Source of the DNA: Methylonatrum kenyense
GTDB lineage: Bacteria; Pseudomonadota; Gammaproteobacteria; Nitrococcales; Aquisalimonadaceae
Length of the DNA: 32,000 nt
Direction: 5' to 3'
Assembly (NCBI RefSeq): GCF_023195885.1
Contig: NZ_JALPKO010000010.1
Span: 4,665-36,664 of the forward strand
Positions 1-10,848 of the stretch are shown piece after piece. The notes under the pieces are model-generated. The model saw nothing but the letters and a program-made list of their open reading frames with translations, searched no databases and was not told the origin of the DNA. How positions within the stretch are numbered: position 1 is the stretch's first letter; each line of letters starts with the position of its first letter. The translations under genes and the position numbers were made by a program.

Positions 1-148
1 GCACATTGATCTGGCGATACTCCATGAAGTTGTCCAGCTGCAACGGCCGCAGGCCAACCGCCGAAGCAGAGACCACCACTGCACACACCAGACAGACCAT
101 GAATGCGACCCGCAGCGTGTTGGCTATGGATTCCTTGTCCTGGGTCAT
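1..148 (-). CDS. nqrC: Na+-translocating NADH:quinone oxidoreductase subunit C, N-terminal fragment (runs off the window)
   Basis: The reverse complement reads ATG(148..146) MTQDKESIANTLRVAFMVCLVCAVVVSASAVGLRPLQ..., a typical NqrC N-terminal membrane anchor. It starts 3 nt after the nqrB stop, in the expected nqrABC order. Confidence 0.75.
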   Translation of the reverse strand, partial: MTQDKESIANTLRVAFMVCLVCAVVVSASAVGLRPLQLDNFMEYRQINV

Positions 149-151
149 GCC

Positions 152-1411
152 TTACGCCTCCCTCCGCCGCATGCGGCGGCGGATGTTGGCCTGAATCACG
201 AAATGGTCGATCAGCGGCGCGCAGAGGTTGCCGAACAGGATCGCCAGCATCACGCCCTCGGGGAACGCCGGATTCACCACCCGAATCAGCACCACCATGG
301 CGCCGATCAGCAGGCCGAAGATCCATTTGCCGGTATCGGTCATGCTGGCCGAAACCGGGTCGGTGGCCATGAACACCAGACCGAAGGCGAAGCCACCCAG
401 GCTCAGGTGCCAGTACCAGGGCATGTCGAACATCGGGTTGGTGTCGCTGCCAATGGCATTGAACAGCATCGCCAGGACGACCATGCCGAGGAACATGCCC
501 AGCATGATCCGCCACGACGCAATGCGGGTGATCAGCAGCACCGCGGCACCGAAGCCGATGACCAGCAGCGAGGTTTCACCGATCGAGCCCTGGATGCCGC
601 CAAAGGCGGTGTGCATCCAGGTCAGGTCCATCTCGTTGGCGGTGGCCGCGGTGCCGGTGAGGCCCGCCGAATAATCCAGTTCGCCGGCCGCGGCCAGTGC
701 CAAGGGCGTCGCGCCGGAGAAGTCGTCCACCGCGGTCCAGACCGCATCCCCGGACATCTGCGCCGGGTACGCAAAGAACAGGAAGGCGCGGCCCACCAGC
801 GCCGGGTTGAGGAAATTCTTGCCGGTGCCGCCGAAAATCTCCTTGCCGACCACCACCCCGAAGCTGATGCCCATGAACACCATCCACAGCGGGATCGTCG
901 GCGGCAGTATCAGCGTGAACAGGATGCCGGTGACGAAGAAGCCCTCGTTCACCTCGTGGCCGCGTTTCCAGGCAAACAGCCCCTCCCAGATGAAGCCGCC
1001 CAGGTAGACCACGATGAAGATCGGGATGTAGTAGACCGCGCCGTGGAAGAAGTTGGACAAGGCGCTGTTGGGGTCGAAGCTGGCAAACATCACTACCAGG
1101 TCGGTGCGCCAGCCGGGGATCGGATCGTAGCCGAATTCGGTGATTTGCAGATTGGCCTGATAGCCCGCGTTGTACATGCCGAAGAACAGCGCCGGCAGGG
1201 CCGCGAGCCAGACCGTGATCATGACCCGCTTCAGATCGATGCCGTCGCGCACATGGGCGGTGCTGCGGGTGGTGCTCGACGGGCTGTACAGCATGGTGTC
1301 GAACATTTCGTAGAAGACGTAATAGCGCTCCAGCTTTCCGCCTTCGTGAAAATGCGGCGAGATGTTCCGGTCGATGAAGTTTCTCAGCCCCACATCAACC
1401 CTCCGCTTCAA
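152..1411 (-). CDS. nqrB: Na+-translocating NADH:quinone oxidoreductase subunit B
   Basis: A 419-aa polytopic membrane protein ([39 protein letters not shown]...) with an NqrB/RnfD-like sequence. It overlaps the nqrA stop and sits between nqrA and nqrC. Confidence 0.93.
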   Translation of the reverse strand: MKRRVDVGLRNFIDRNISPHFHEGGKLERYYVFYEMFDTMLYSPSSTTRSTAHVRDGIDLKRVMITVWLAALPALFFGMYNAGYQANLQITEFGYDPIPGWRTDLVVMFASFDPNSALSNFFHGAVYYIPIFIVVYLGGFIWEGLFAWKRGHEVNEGFFVTGILFTLILPPTIPLWMVFMGISFGVVVGKEIFGGTGKNFLNPALVGRAFLFFAYPAQMSGDAVWTAVDDFSGATPLALAAAGELDYSAGLTGTAATANEMDLTWMHTAFGGIQGSIGETSLLVIGFGAAVLLITRIASWRIMLGMFLGMVVLAMLFNAIGSDTNPMFDMPWYWHLSLGGFAFGLVFMATDPVSASMTDTGKWIFGLLIGAMVVLIRVVNPAFPEGVMLAILFGNLCAPLIDHFVIQANIRRRMRRREA

Positions 1412-2738
1412 TGCGGGTCAGATTGTCCCGCAGGATCGGTCCGTACTCGTACTTGCCGACACACACGTAAGTGCACAGCGCCAGGTCTTCCTCCACCAGC
1501 TCAAGCGCGCCCAGCGCCTGAGCGGTTTCCATGTCGCCAACCACCAGCGAGCGCAGCAACTGGGTGGGCAGGATGTCCAGTGGCATGACCGTCTCGTACT
1601 GCCCCAGCGGCACCATCGCGCGCTCACTGCCGTTGGTTGTCGTGGTGAACGGAAAGCGCTTCCAGGGCATCAGGCGCGACAGGTAGATGTTCATCACCGA
1701 ATGCCGCTCCAGGCCCGGTGACAGGTAGCCGAGCAGCTGGCGCCGGTGACCCTCGCGCAGCACCGAGACCTGATTGGCGAGACGCCCCAGGTAGGCGGTC
1801 GGACCCTTGGCGCGATGTCCGTTGAATACCGAACCGGAAATGATCCGGTTCTCGTCCGTTTCCACCTCGTTGGCGGTCAGGTCCTCCAGCGAGGCGCCGG
1901 CGCGGGTCTTGACCAGCCGCGGGTGTTTGACCTGCGGTCCGGCCAGGGCGACCACCCGGTCGGTATGCAGGCGACCCCCGGTGAACAGCCGGCCGAACGC
2001 GATCACATCCTGGTAACCGACCACCCAGACCCGGTGTTGCATGTCCACCGGATGCAGGAAATGTATGTGCGTGCTGGGGTTGCCCGCGGGATGCGGCCCG
2101 CCGAAAGTCTCTTCGCGAATCTGCTCGTCGGCGAAGGACGGCAGCCTGGAATCCGGTGCGCGACAGACCCAGACCGGGCCGTCGGTCAGCCGCGACAACA
2201 CGGTCAGGCCGTCGCGGAAGGACCGTTGCTCATCGGCGATGATGATGTCGGGGTTGGCGGCCAGCGGATTGGTGTCCATCGCCGGCACGAAGATCGCCTC
2301 GGGAACACTGCCCACCGGCGGCACCTTGCCGAACGGCCGGGTGCGGATGGCGGTCCATTCGCCGGATTCCACCAGCTGGTCCTGAACCCGTTGCCGGTCC
2401 AGGCGGGAGAGCGTTGCCGCATTGTGCGCGGTAAAGCTTTCGTCACCGTCGCCGGAGAGCTCGATCACGACGGAGAGCAGTACGCGGCGTTCGCCACGGT
2501 GGATGGCGCTGACACGACCGGCACCGGGTGCGGTGAAGCGGACGCCCTCGTTCTTTTTATCTTCAAATAACGGCTGCCCGCGCCGTACGCGATCACCCTC
2601 GCGAACCAGCATGGTGGGCTTCAGGCCCGGGTAATCCCGGCCAAGGAGCGCAACGGAGCGTACCTTCTGCCCCCGCTCGATTCCCTGGCGCGGCTCACCT
2701 GCAATCGGTATGTCCAGCCCTTTTCGGACTTTGATCAT
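1395..2738 (-). CDS. nqrA: Na+-translocating NADH:quinone oxidoreductase subunit A
   Basis: The ORF 1395..2777 contains [16 protein letters not shown]..., the canonical NqrA N-terminus. I place the start at the internal ATG at 2738 rather than 2777. Confidence 0.9.
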   Translation of the reverse strand: MIKVRKGLDIPIAGEPRQGIERGQKVRSVALLGRDYPGLKPTMLVREGDRVRRGQPLFEDKKNEGVRFTAPGAGRVSAIHRGERRVLLSVVIELSGDGDESFTAHNAATLSRLDRQRVQDQLVESGEWTAIRTRPFGKVPPVGSVPEAIFVPAMDTNPLAANPDIIIADEQRSFRDGLTVLSRLTDGPVWVCRAPDSRLPSFADEQIREETFGGPHPAGNPSTHIHFLHPVDMQHRVWVVGYQDVIAFGRLFTGGRLHTDRVVALAGPQVKHPRLVKTRAGASLEDLTANEVETDENRIISGSVFNGHRAKGPTAYLGRLANQVSVLREGHRRQLLGYLSPGLERHSVMNIYLSRLMPWKRFPFTTTTNGSERAMVPLGQYETVMPLDILPTQLLRSLVVGDMETAQALGALELVEEDLALCTYVCVGKYEYGPILRDNLTRIEAEG

Positions 2739-3213
2739 CGGTTTGTCCCAAGGCTTTATTGTCGGCGCTGTGCGCACGCGTTATGGCTTGGTTCGGTCTC
2801 TCCAGTCCCCGCCGGGGCGCTCCTCAACACCCCGTGACGCAGATGCGGTGCGATCTGGTTCTGTCTCGTCCCTCCGTCAGTTGTGGATCCTTTTCACTCG
2901 CACGACCGAACCTTGGCGGATCGTGCCTTGCCATCTGGCAGGATTCCGCCAAGGCCATGAATGGCCGCCGACTTTCCCGGACCGTGTGGTCTCCGTCGCG
3001 ACGGCCGCTTCGGCTCCCGCAGGCATCAGTGTTGCCATGATGGACTGCCGGCATGCCTCAGGGTCAGTATGGTCGACCGAGCCGGTCTTGCCAGTCTGGA
3101 AACGTGACCCAGCTGGCAATTGCGCGATGCGGGTACCGGGGGAAGCATCGAAATCACGGCTGGGCTATGCTGTGCAAAAACCCTGGACGTGCAGGGAGGG
3201 GGAGCAAGTAACG

Positions 3214-3681
3214 ATGGAAACACCGCTGTCTGTAGTGATGACCGAGAAAGCGGCGCTGCTGGCGGAGCGAGGCGACACGCTCTATAGCGTTGGGCCTGAC
3301 ACGCCCGCGAAAGATGCGATTGCGATGATGTGCGACGCCAATATCGGCTGCGTCGTCGTGTTGGAGAACGACAAGCTTGTTGGCATCTTTTCGGAACGCG
3401 ACGTCATGCGCCGGGTTGCCAATGAGAACGTCAAGCCGGATGGCTTGCTGGTGCGCGACGTGATGACCGCGGACCTGGTGACAGTGCGGCCGAACAGCAC
3501 GGTCGAAGAAGCCCTGGTGGAGTGCACCGACCGGCGTATTCGCCACCTGCCCGTGGCCGAGGAGGGCCAGTTGCTGGGCCTGCTTTCGATTGGCGACCTG
3601 GTGCGCTACGTGGTGAAGGACAAGGATCGGGAGATTGCCGATCTGGTGGATTACATTCACGGCCATCAGATTAAGGTCTGA
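3214..3681 (+). CDS. CBS-domain pair protein
   Basis: METPLSVVMTEKAALL...VGIFSERDVMRRV...LLGLLSIGDLVRYV shows two CBS-type repeats. The ATG at 3214 is preceded by GGAGGGGGAG. The long N-terminal extension of ORF 2710..3681 has no coding look. Confidence 0.8.
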   Translation: METPLSVVMTEKAALLAERGDTLYSVGPDTPAKDAIAMMCDANIGCVVVLENDKLVGIFSERDVMRRVANENVKPDGLLVRDVMTADLVTVRPNSTVEEALVECTDRRIRHLPVAEEGQLLGLLSIGDLVRYVVKDKDREIADLVDYIHGHQIKV

Positions 3682-3750
3682 CGCCCTGCCGCGAGTGCCT
3701 TATTGGTGGTACGGTTCCGGGTCGTTTCAACGGATCCGGAACCGTCACTG

Positions 3751-4257
3751 ATGACAGACGTCGATGCTTCCTGTCTGCGCCAGGCGCTGGGTGCATTTGC
3801 CACCGGCATCACCGTGGTGACTGCGCGTGGCACCAACAACCGCCCCATTGGCATGACGGTGAACAGCTTCACCACCGTCTCGCTGGACCCGCCGCTGGTG
3901 TTGTGGAGCGTGGGTCGCGACGGAAACTCTGCCGACGAGTTCGTCGCCGCCGATCACTATGCCGTGCATGTGCTGCACGCCGGGCAGGAAGACCTGTGCG
4001 TGCAGTTCGCGCGCAATACGGATGAGAAATTCGTTGGCCTGGAAACCGAGCCGGGCCTTGCCGGCCTGCCATTGCTGAAGGATTTCACCGCGCGCTTTCA
4101 GTGCCGGGTCGAGCAGCGGCTCGACGGCGGTGACCACATCATCCTGCTGGGCCGCGTCCTGGAACTGGAGCACCGACCAGCCGAGCCCCTCATCTTCTGC
4201 AACGGGCAACTGCTGCGCGCCGAGCGGTCGCTGCCCTCCCGCGGAAACATCGACTGA
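3751..4257 (+). CDS. Flavin reductase-like (FMN-binding split-barrel) protein
   Basis: LRQALGAFATGITVVTA...IGMTVNSFTTVSLDPPLVLWSV...GDHIILLGRV is the flavin reductase (HpaC/RutF-like) signature. The start is taken at MTDVDAS (3751); 3703 is an alternative. Confidence 0.8.
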   Translation: MTDVDASCLRQALGAFATGITVVTARGTNNRPIGMTVNSFTTVSLDPPLVLWSVGRDGNSADEFVAADHYAVHVLHAGQEDLCVQFARNTDEKFVGLETEPGLAGLPLLKDFTARFQCRVEQRLDGGDHIILLGRVLELEHRPAEPLIFCNGQLLRAERSLPSRGNID

Positions 4258-4359
4258 TTCCGCACTGGAGAACACTTGCTTGACTCGCCGCAGGCGTGCG
4301 AATAAATCAGCGTTTCCTTAAACTTCGCAGAAATACTCAAGCTCCGACGGATCAACCTT

Positions 4360-5301
4360 ATGCTGATTGTCACAGGCGGCGCCGGCTTTATCGGCAGCAA
4401 CATCGTCCACGGCCTCAACCAGAAGGGGCGGGACGACATCATCGTCGTCGACAACCTGACCCGGGGTGAAAAGGCCCTGAACCTGGCCGACTGCACCATC
4501 GCCGACTACTACGACAAGGACGAGTTTCTGCGCATCATCCGTGACGGCGGCGGCTTCGGCCGCATCGACGGCGTGCTTCACCAGGGTGCCTGTTCCGCCA
4601 CCACCGAGTGGAACGGCAAGTACATGATGGAGACCAATTTCGCCTTTACCCGGGAGCTGTTCCACTGGTGTCAGGACCGGCAGATCCCGCTGGTCTATGC
4701 CTCCTCGGCGGCCACCTATGGTGGCGGCCGGGAATTCCGTGAGGAGCCGGCCTGTGAGCGACCGCTGAACGTCTACGGCTACTCCAAGCTGGCCTTCGAC
4801 CAGTACCTGCGCCGCCACATGGATGCCTTGACCGCACCCGTGGTGGGCTTGCGCTATTTCAATGTCTACGGGCCGCGGGAGCAGCACAAGGGCAGCATGG
4901 CGAGCGTAATCCACCACTTCCGCAATCAGCTTGCCGAGCACGGCAGGGTGCGGCTGTTCGAGGGCTGCGATGGGTATGCGGACGGTGAACAGGAGCGGGA
5001 TTTCGTTGACGTGCGCGACTGCGTTGCGGTCAACCTCTGGTTCCTCGAGCATCCGGAAGTCAGCGGCATCTTCAACCTCGGCACCGGCAGAGCGCGCCCG
5101 TTCAATGCGGTGGCCGAAGCCACGCTCAAGTGGTACGGCCGTGGCGAGATCGAATACATTCCGTTTCCCGAGCATCTGAAGGGCCGCTACCAGAGTTACA
5201 CCCAGGCCGACCTCACGGCCTTGCGCGCCGCCGGTTGCGACCACATCTTTTATGACGTGGAACAGGGAGTTCCGGCTTACCTCGATGCGGTCTCTGGCTA
5301 A
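4360..5301 (+). CDS. hldD: ADP-L-glycero-D-manno-heptose 6-epimerase
   Basis: [31 protein letters not shown]...[10 protein letters not shown] is near-collinear with E. coli HldD/RfaD, including the GGAGFIGS Rossmann motif. Confidence 0.93.
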   Translation: MLIVTGGAGFIGSNIVHGLNQKGRDDIIVVDNLTRGEKALNLADCTIADYYDKDEFLRIIRDGGGFGRIDGVLHQGACSATTEWNGKYMMETNFAFTRELFHWCQDRQIPLVYASSAATYGGGREFREEPACERPLNVYGYSKLAFDQYLRRHMDALTAPVVGLRYFNVYGPREQHKGSMASVIHHFRNQLAEHGRVRLFEGCDGYADGEQERDFVDVRDCVAVNLWFLEHPEVSGIFNLGTGRARPFNAVAEATLKWYGRGEIEYIPFPEHLKGRYQSYTQADLTALRAAGCDHIFYDVEQGVPAYLDAVSG

Positions 5302-5330
5302 GCAGGCCAGCGGGTACCGCGCCTGCCACC

Positions 5331-5569
5331 GTAGGGTGGGTCAAGCGAAGCGGACCCACGCGGTGTGATCTGCTGGCAGGACGATGCAGGTTTCGGATAC
5401 GAACGGTGTTAGGACAAACCGGGTCAGGGGCGAGCATCGGCGCTGGCGGAGAGCCCGTTGCCCCGATCCTGACGGATTACACTGCGTGCCTTCGCTGCGC
5501 TTAAGGCACCCTACGACCCCGGACGCCCGGCCTGGCGTAGGGTGGGTCAAGCGAAGCGGACCCACGCGG
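5331..5569. repeat. REP cluster A (3 copies)
   Basis: Copies at 5331..5370 (forward, stem GTGGGTC/GACCCAC), 5475..5514 (reverse, stem GTGCCTT/AAGGCAC) and 5537..5569 (forward, truncated tail). Family consensus: GTAGGGTG-N5-AAGCG(A/C)AGCG-N5-CACGCGGTGTGATCC. Confidence 0.9.
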
Positions 5570-5611
5570 ATTTCAGCAGTCAACGCGCCACCGGGCGCAT
5601 GGAGCACCACG

Positions 5612-6532
5612 ATGAGCAACCCGATTGTTGATGTCACCGCCGAGGCGTACGCCAACCCCGGCGACCAGTTCGAACGGGCGCTGGAGGACGGCCGCATCCT
5701 GCGGTTCGAACCCGGCATGCTGCCGCTGCCGTCGGAGGATGACCTGAACTTCCTGCGCGAGGAGGTCGGCGCCCTGATCACGCTGAAGAACATCAGCTAT
5801 CACCCCGACGGCGACTACATCACCGGCATGAAGAAGGTGGGCGATACCGAGCAGCGGCTGCGCGCCATCCTGCGCAACTACAGCGACACCGTGAACAGCT
5901 TCCTTGGCGCGGCGCTGCCGCATTACGCGGTGAGCTGGCACCAGCAGAAGGTCAACTTCCGCCCGGTGCAGGAGAAGGGACGGCAGATCAAGCGTCATTC
6001 GAACAACGAACTGCTGCACGTCGACGCCTTCCCGGCCGGCGCCACCCACGGCCGTCGCCCGTTGCGCTTCTTCACCAACATCAACACCAGCGAGCCCCGC
6101 ATCTGGCGTATTGCCGAACAGTTCGACCAGTTGTACGCCGCCTATGCGAAGGAGGCCGGCATCGACACCAGCATGTCGGTGCGCGGCAACGCGGCCGAGC
6201 GGGCCTGGTCCGGAGCGCTGGCCGGTCTGGCCCGGCTGGGGCTGCCGCAGCTCCAGGTGATCGGTGACACCTCGCCCTACGACCGGGCCATGCGCAAGAT
6301 GCACAACTGGATGAAGGATAACGATGCCTTCCAGCAGGATCCGGGCAGGGGCGAGGAACTGGCGTTCCAGCCGTTCGAGAGCTGGGCGGTCATGACCGAC
6401 GCGGTCAGCCACGCGGCGCTATCCGGCCAGCATGCGCTGGTGGCCACCTATTACGTCGAGCTGGATGCCTGCCGGCTGCCGGAGCGTGCGCCCTACAACG
6501 TGGTTGCGCGCGGCGCCGATCAGGCGGCCTGA
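5612..6532 (+). CDS. kdoO: Kdo hydroxylase-like Fe(II)/2-oxoglutarate dioxygenase (KdoO family)
   Basis: A 306-aa product with an H136-x-D138 ... H267 facial-triad arrangement (LLHVDAF ... AVSHAAL) and a general resemblance to the Kdo_hydroxy family. It sits between hldD and kdkA, with a 1-nt stop/start overlap with kdkA. The start is set at ATG 5612, because the upstream part of the ORF is REP sequence. Confidence 0.65.
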   Translation: MSNPIVDVTAEAYANPGDQFERALEDGRILRFEPGMLPLPSEDDLNFLREEVGALITLKNISYHPDGDYITGMKKVGDTEQRLRAILRNYSDTVNSFLGAALPHYAVSWHQQKVNFRPVQEKGRQIKRHSNNELLHVDAFPAGATHGRRPLRFFTNINTSEPRIWRIAEQFDQLYAAYAKEAGIDTSMSVRGNAAERAWSGALAGLARLGLPQLQVIGDTSPYDRAMRKMHNWMKDNDAFQQDPGRGEELAFQPFESWAVMTDAVSHAALSGQHALVATYYVELDACRLPERAPYNVVARGADQAA

Positions 6533-7260
6533 TGCAGGCGGCGGAGTTCCGCGACGGCCGTTACCGCTACATCTACGATCAGTCCCTGCCGGCGCCGCCG
6601 GCGGACTGGCTGTTCGAGCCGGCGACGCTGGCGCAGAACGATCTGGTGCTGGAACAGGGCGGGGGCCGCGGCACCGTGATCTTCATTTCCGACCCTTACC
6701 AATCCGGCCGGCAGTGGGCTTTGCGGCATTACATGCGTGGCGGCTCGGTGGCCCGCATGTTCGGCGATCGCTACCTGTGGAGCGGGTTGCATGACACCCG
6801 CGCCTGGCGTGAATGGCACTACACCTCGCAACTGTTCGATGCCGGCCTGCCGGTCGCGCGGCCGGTCGCCGGTCGCGTGGTCCGCGAGGGTCCATTGTAC
6901 CGGGCCGACTTCATCACCGTCCGCGTCCCGGGCGCGGCCTCGTTTGATGACCTGCTCAGCGCCGGCGAAGTCCCCCTGGAGACCTGGTCCGCCATCGGCA
7001 GGACCATCCGCCGCTTCCACGACGCCGGCGCCTGGCACAGCGACCTCAACAGCAGGAACATCCTGGTCGGCCCTGACCCGGAAACCGTGCACATCATCGA
7101 CTGGGATCGCGGTGAGTGGCGCACCGGCAACGGCAAGGAATGGCGTGACGCCAACCTGGACAGGCTCAAGCGCGACCTCGAAAAACGCCTGCGCATCAAG
7201 GACGTCTGGGCCTACACCCCCCAGGGCCACCAGGCCCTGCTCGACGGCTACAAGTCATAG
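6532..7260 (+). CDS. kdkA: 3-deoxy-D-manno-octulosonic acid (Kdo) kinase
   Basis: A 242-aa product with WALRHYMRGG, the catalytic-loop motif HSDLNSRNIL and IIDWDRG, as in KdkA-family kinases. LPS-core context. Confidence 0.85.
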   Translation: MQAAEFRDGRYRYIYDQSLPAPPADWLFEPATLAQNDLVLEQGGGRGTVIFISDPYQSGRQWALRHYMRGGSVARMFGDRYLWSGLHDTRAWREWHYTSQLFDAGLPVARPVAGRVVREGPLYRADFITVRVPGAASFDDLLSAGEVPLETWSAIGRTIRRFHDAGAWHSDLNSRNILVGPDPETVHIIDWDRGEWRTGNGKEWRDANLDRLKRDLEKRLRIKDVWAYTPQGHQALLDGYKS

Positions 7261-7300
7261 GCCAACAGGCAGGCCGACCGGATTCAACCACCCCGCCAAC

Positions 7301-7684
7301 GGATCACACCGCGCGGATCCGCTGCGCTCGATCCGCCCTACGCGGCCCCAAGCGGCACCGGGCCCTGGGTCGTCCGAAAACCTTACTTGTCCGAAAACCG
7401 TCCTTGTACCGCCCCCGAATTACACCGCGCGGATCCGCTGCGCTCGATCCGCCCTACGCGGCCCCAAGCGGCACCGGGCCGTAATCGGGATTCGTAGGGT
7501 GCATTAAGCGAAGCGAATGCACGCGGTGTGATCCGCCCCGATCGCGGCAACGCGCTCTCGGTTACCACGGCCGCCAGCCCTCACCCCGGCCTTGTCTGGT
7601 CCGAACACCCCCCATGTCCGAAAACCTTCCTTGTCCCGCCAACGGATCACACCGCGCGGATCCGCTGCGCTTGATCCACCCTAC
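7301..7684. repeat. REP cluster B (4 copies plus short GTCCGAAAACC-type repeats)
   Basis: Copies at 7301..7341 (rev), 7418..7457 (rev), 7494..7534 (fwd, GCATT subtype) and 7644..7684 (rev). GTCCGAAAACC motifs lie at 7372, 7389 and 7617, with a further one at 7724 just outside the feature's right edge. Confidence 0.9.
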
Positions 7685-7752
7685 GGCCACCACCGGGGCC
7701 AACACCCGCCGCGACTCAACCTTGTCCGAAAACCTCTCTGTCTCCACACCTA

Positions 7753-7780
7753 TTGACACATGACATGCCCTGACTATCAT
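7753..7780 (+). promoter_or_regulatory. Sigma70-like promoter candidate for groESL
   Basis: TTGACA (7753..7758), a 16-nt spacer, then TATCAT (7775..7780). It lies about 80 nt upstream of groES and abuts CIRCE. Confidence 0.45.
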
Positions 7781-7806
7781 TAGCACTCACTAACGGGGAG
7801 TGCTAA
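7780..7806 (+). promoter_or_regulatory. CIRCE operator (HrcA binding site)
   Basis: TTAGCACTC-N9-GAGTGCTAA read directly at 7780..7806. This is a perfect match to the CIRCE consensus, 55 nt upstream of the groES ATG. Confidence 0.9.
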
Positions 7807-7861
7807 CAGTGCGATCCGTAGCTTTCAGGAAACATGTTCCAACATCCAGGAGAGAGTTCAG

Positions 7862-8152
7862 ATGAACATTCGTCCACTGCATGATCGCGTGATCATCAAG
7901 CGCATGGAAGAAGAGCGCACCAGCCCGGGCGGCATCGTCATCCCCGACAGCGCCACCGAAAAGCCGATTCGCGGCGAAGTGCTGGCCGTGGGCAAGGGCA
8001 AGACCGCCGACAACGGCGACGTGAAGGCCCTGGACGTGAAAGTTGGTGACAAGGTGCTGTTCGGCAAGTACTCCGGCACCGAAGTGAAAATGGATGGCGA
8101 AGAGCTTCTCGTCATGCGCGAAGACGACATCATGGCGGTGATCGAGGGCTGA
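7862..8152 (+). CDS. groES: Co-chaperonin GroES
   Basis: [31 protein letters not shown]...: canonical GroES, 96 aa. Confidence 0.98.
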   Translation: MNIRPLHDRVIIKRMEEERTSPGGIVIPDSATEKPIRGEVLAVGKGKTADNGDVKALDVKVGDKVLFGKYSGTEVKMDGEELLVMREDDIMAVIEG

Positions 8153-8204
8153 TCGCACTCTCCCGCCCCGCATGATTTCGTATTAACCGTATTCAGAGGA
8201 TTAA

Positions 8205-9863
<1,659 letters not shown>

Positions 9864-9886
9864 GCCGCTTCACCCAACGCCCCACG

Positions 9887-9912
9887 AAACCCCGCTCCGG
9901 CGGGGTTTTTTT
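9887..9912 (+). terminator. Rho-independent terminator of groESL
   Basis: AAACCCCGC-TCCG-GCGGGGTTT hairpin followed by a T-run, 24 nt after the groEL stop. Confidence 0.85.
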
Positions 9913-9966
9913 ATGCGCGCGTGGAAGGTGTAGTGGTAATCGAAAGCCTGTTGCCGTCCGCGTTAC

Positions 9967-10732
9967 GGATCACACCGCGTGCATTCGCTGCGCTTAATGC
10001 ACCCTACGAAAACCGCGCCGGTGCGAGCCGCGTAGGGCGGATCGAGCGCAGCGGATCGGCGTGGTGTGATTGGGGTCGGGACAAGGAAGGTGTTCGGGCA
10101 GGAAGGTGTTCGGACCCGACAAGGCCGGGGACGGGCGTTGGCCGCGGAGGCGGGCGTAGGGTGGGTCAAGCGCAGCGGACCCACGCGGTGTGATCTGTTG
10201 GCGGTATGGATCAACACGGCCTCCTGCCGGTGAGATCTGATGACGGGACAATAAAAGGTTTTCGGACAAGGACATGGTGCGGACGAGGCAGGCTCGGGGC
10301 GGACGTTGGCGGCGGTAATCGAAAGCCTGTTGCCGCGGTCATGGCGGATCACACCGCGTGCATTCGCTTTGCTTAATGCACCCTACGACGAGCGTGTTTC
10401 GTTGCGTAACGGCGCGGGGATGCGGCGTTGGACCCGTCAATCGTCGCCCGGGTTTTGGTGGGACGGCCGGATACCGGCACAAGAAGCACTGTGAAGCCAT
10501 CCCTGACAGCCAGATGATCCCATCCTTGGGATCACCTTTCCTTGCCGATATCCGGCCTAGCACTATTCATAGTTGATCCTTTTTTTCAGTGCAATACTTT
10601 CTGTTAATACTTTGGGGTTACTCCCGGACAGTTGGCGCGGTTCCGCCAGCGCAGACTGAAGCGTCCGCGGGGTCTGGAGCCCGATTAAAGCGGATCACAC
10701 CGCGTGCATTCGCTTCGCTTAATACACCCTAC
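9967..10732. repeat. REP cluster C (5 copies)
   Basis: Copies at 9967..10007 (rev, GCATT), 10032..10070 (fwd, degenerate), 10156..10195 (fwd, GGGTC), 10346..10386 (rev, GCATT) and 10692..10732 (rev, GCATT-like). The flank GGTAATCGAAAGCCTGTTGCC is repeated at 9936 and 10315. Reverse-orientation GGACAAGGAAGGTGTTCGG motifs lie at 10079-10115. Confidence 0.9.
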
Positions 10733-10848
10733 GATGGAACATGTGGTTCCGCTGGCGGTTTTTTTCTGCGTTTCTACCTGGCGTCACCTATCGGAACCGT
10801 CATCACGGTGTAATAATTGCGCTCGTCCACCGCGTTGCGCCGTGAATC

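Noticed and set aside
203-1588. Long antisense ORFs opposite well-supported genes: 203..1588 (opposite nqrB), 8193..9809 (opposite groEL), 20602..21984 (opposite ppm), 4318..5244, 5573..6412, 6520..7230, 11047..11973, 3745..4275, 22713..23402 and 1746..2570.
   Set aside because: They are typical stop-codon-poor antisense frames of high-GC DNA. Their products are Arg/Gly/Ala/His-rich with no recognisable motifs, and each is fully overlapped by a gene with strong family signatures.
2710-3213. The N-terminal 168-aa extension of ORF 2710..3681, and the 475-bp ORF-poor gap between nqrA and the CBS gene. The gap includes a 10-bp inverted repeat CCTTGGCGGA...TCCGCCAAGG (2911..2954).
   Set aside because: The extension has no coding character or motifs, and a good RBS/ATG exists at 3214. 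The hairpin has no T-tract and no recognisable riboswitch or sRNA signature. I cannot assign a function from sequence alone.
7383-7786. Many 60-130 aa ORFs within intergenic regions (for example 7383..7568, 7562..7786, 9921..10193, 9963..10352, 12748..12942, 14499..14771, 15721..15996, 16641..16907, 17744..18234). They contain recurring peptides such as ITPRAFAALNAPYE, GWIKRSGSARCD and RFSDK.
   Set aside because: The recurring peptides are translations of the REP and GTCCGAAAACC repeats in different frames and orientations. They are not protein families.
10311-10322. An ops-like GGCGGTAATCGA about 530 nt upstream of capD/wbpM.
   Set aside because: It matches only the first 7 positions of ops, with A instead of the conserved G at position 8 and no TG at positions 11-12. 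It is part of the repeated GGTAATCGAAAGCCTGTTGCC flank of GCATT-type REPs (also at 9936).
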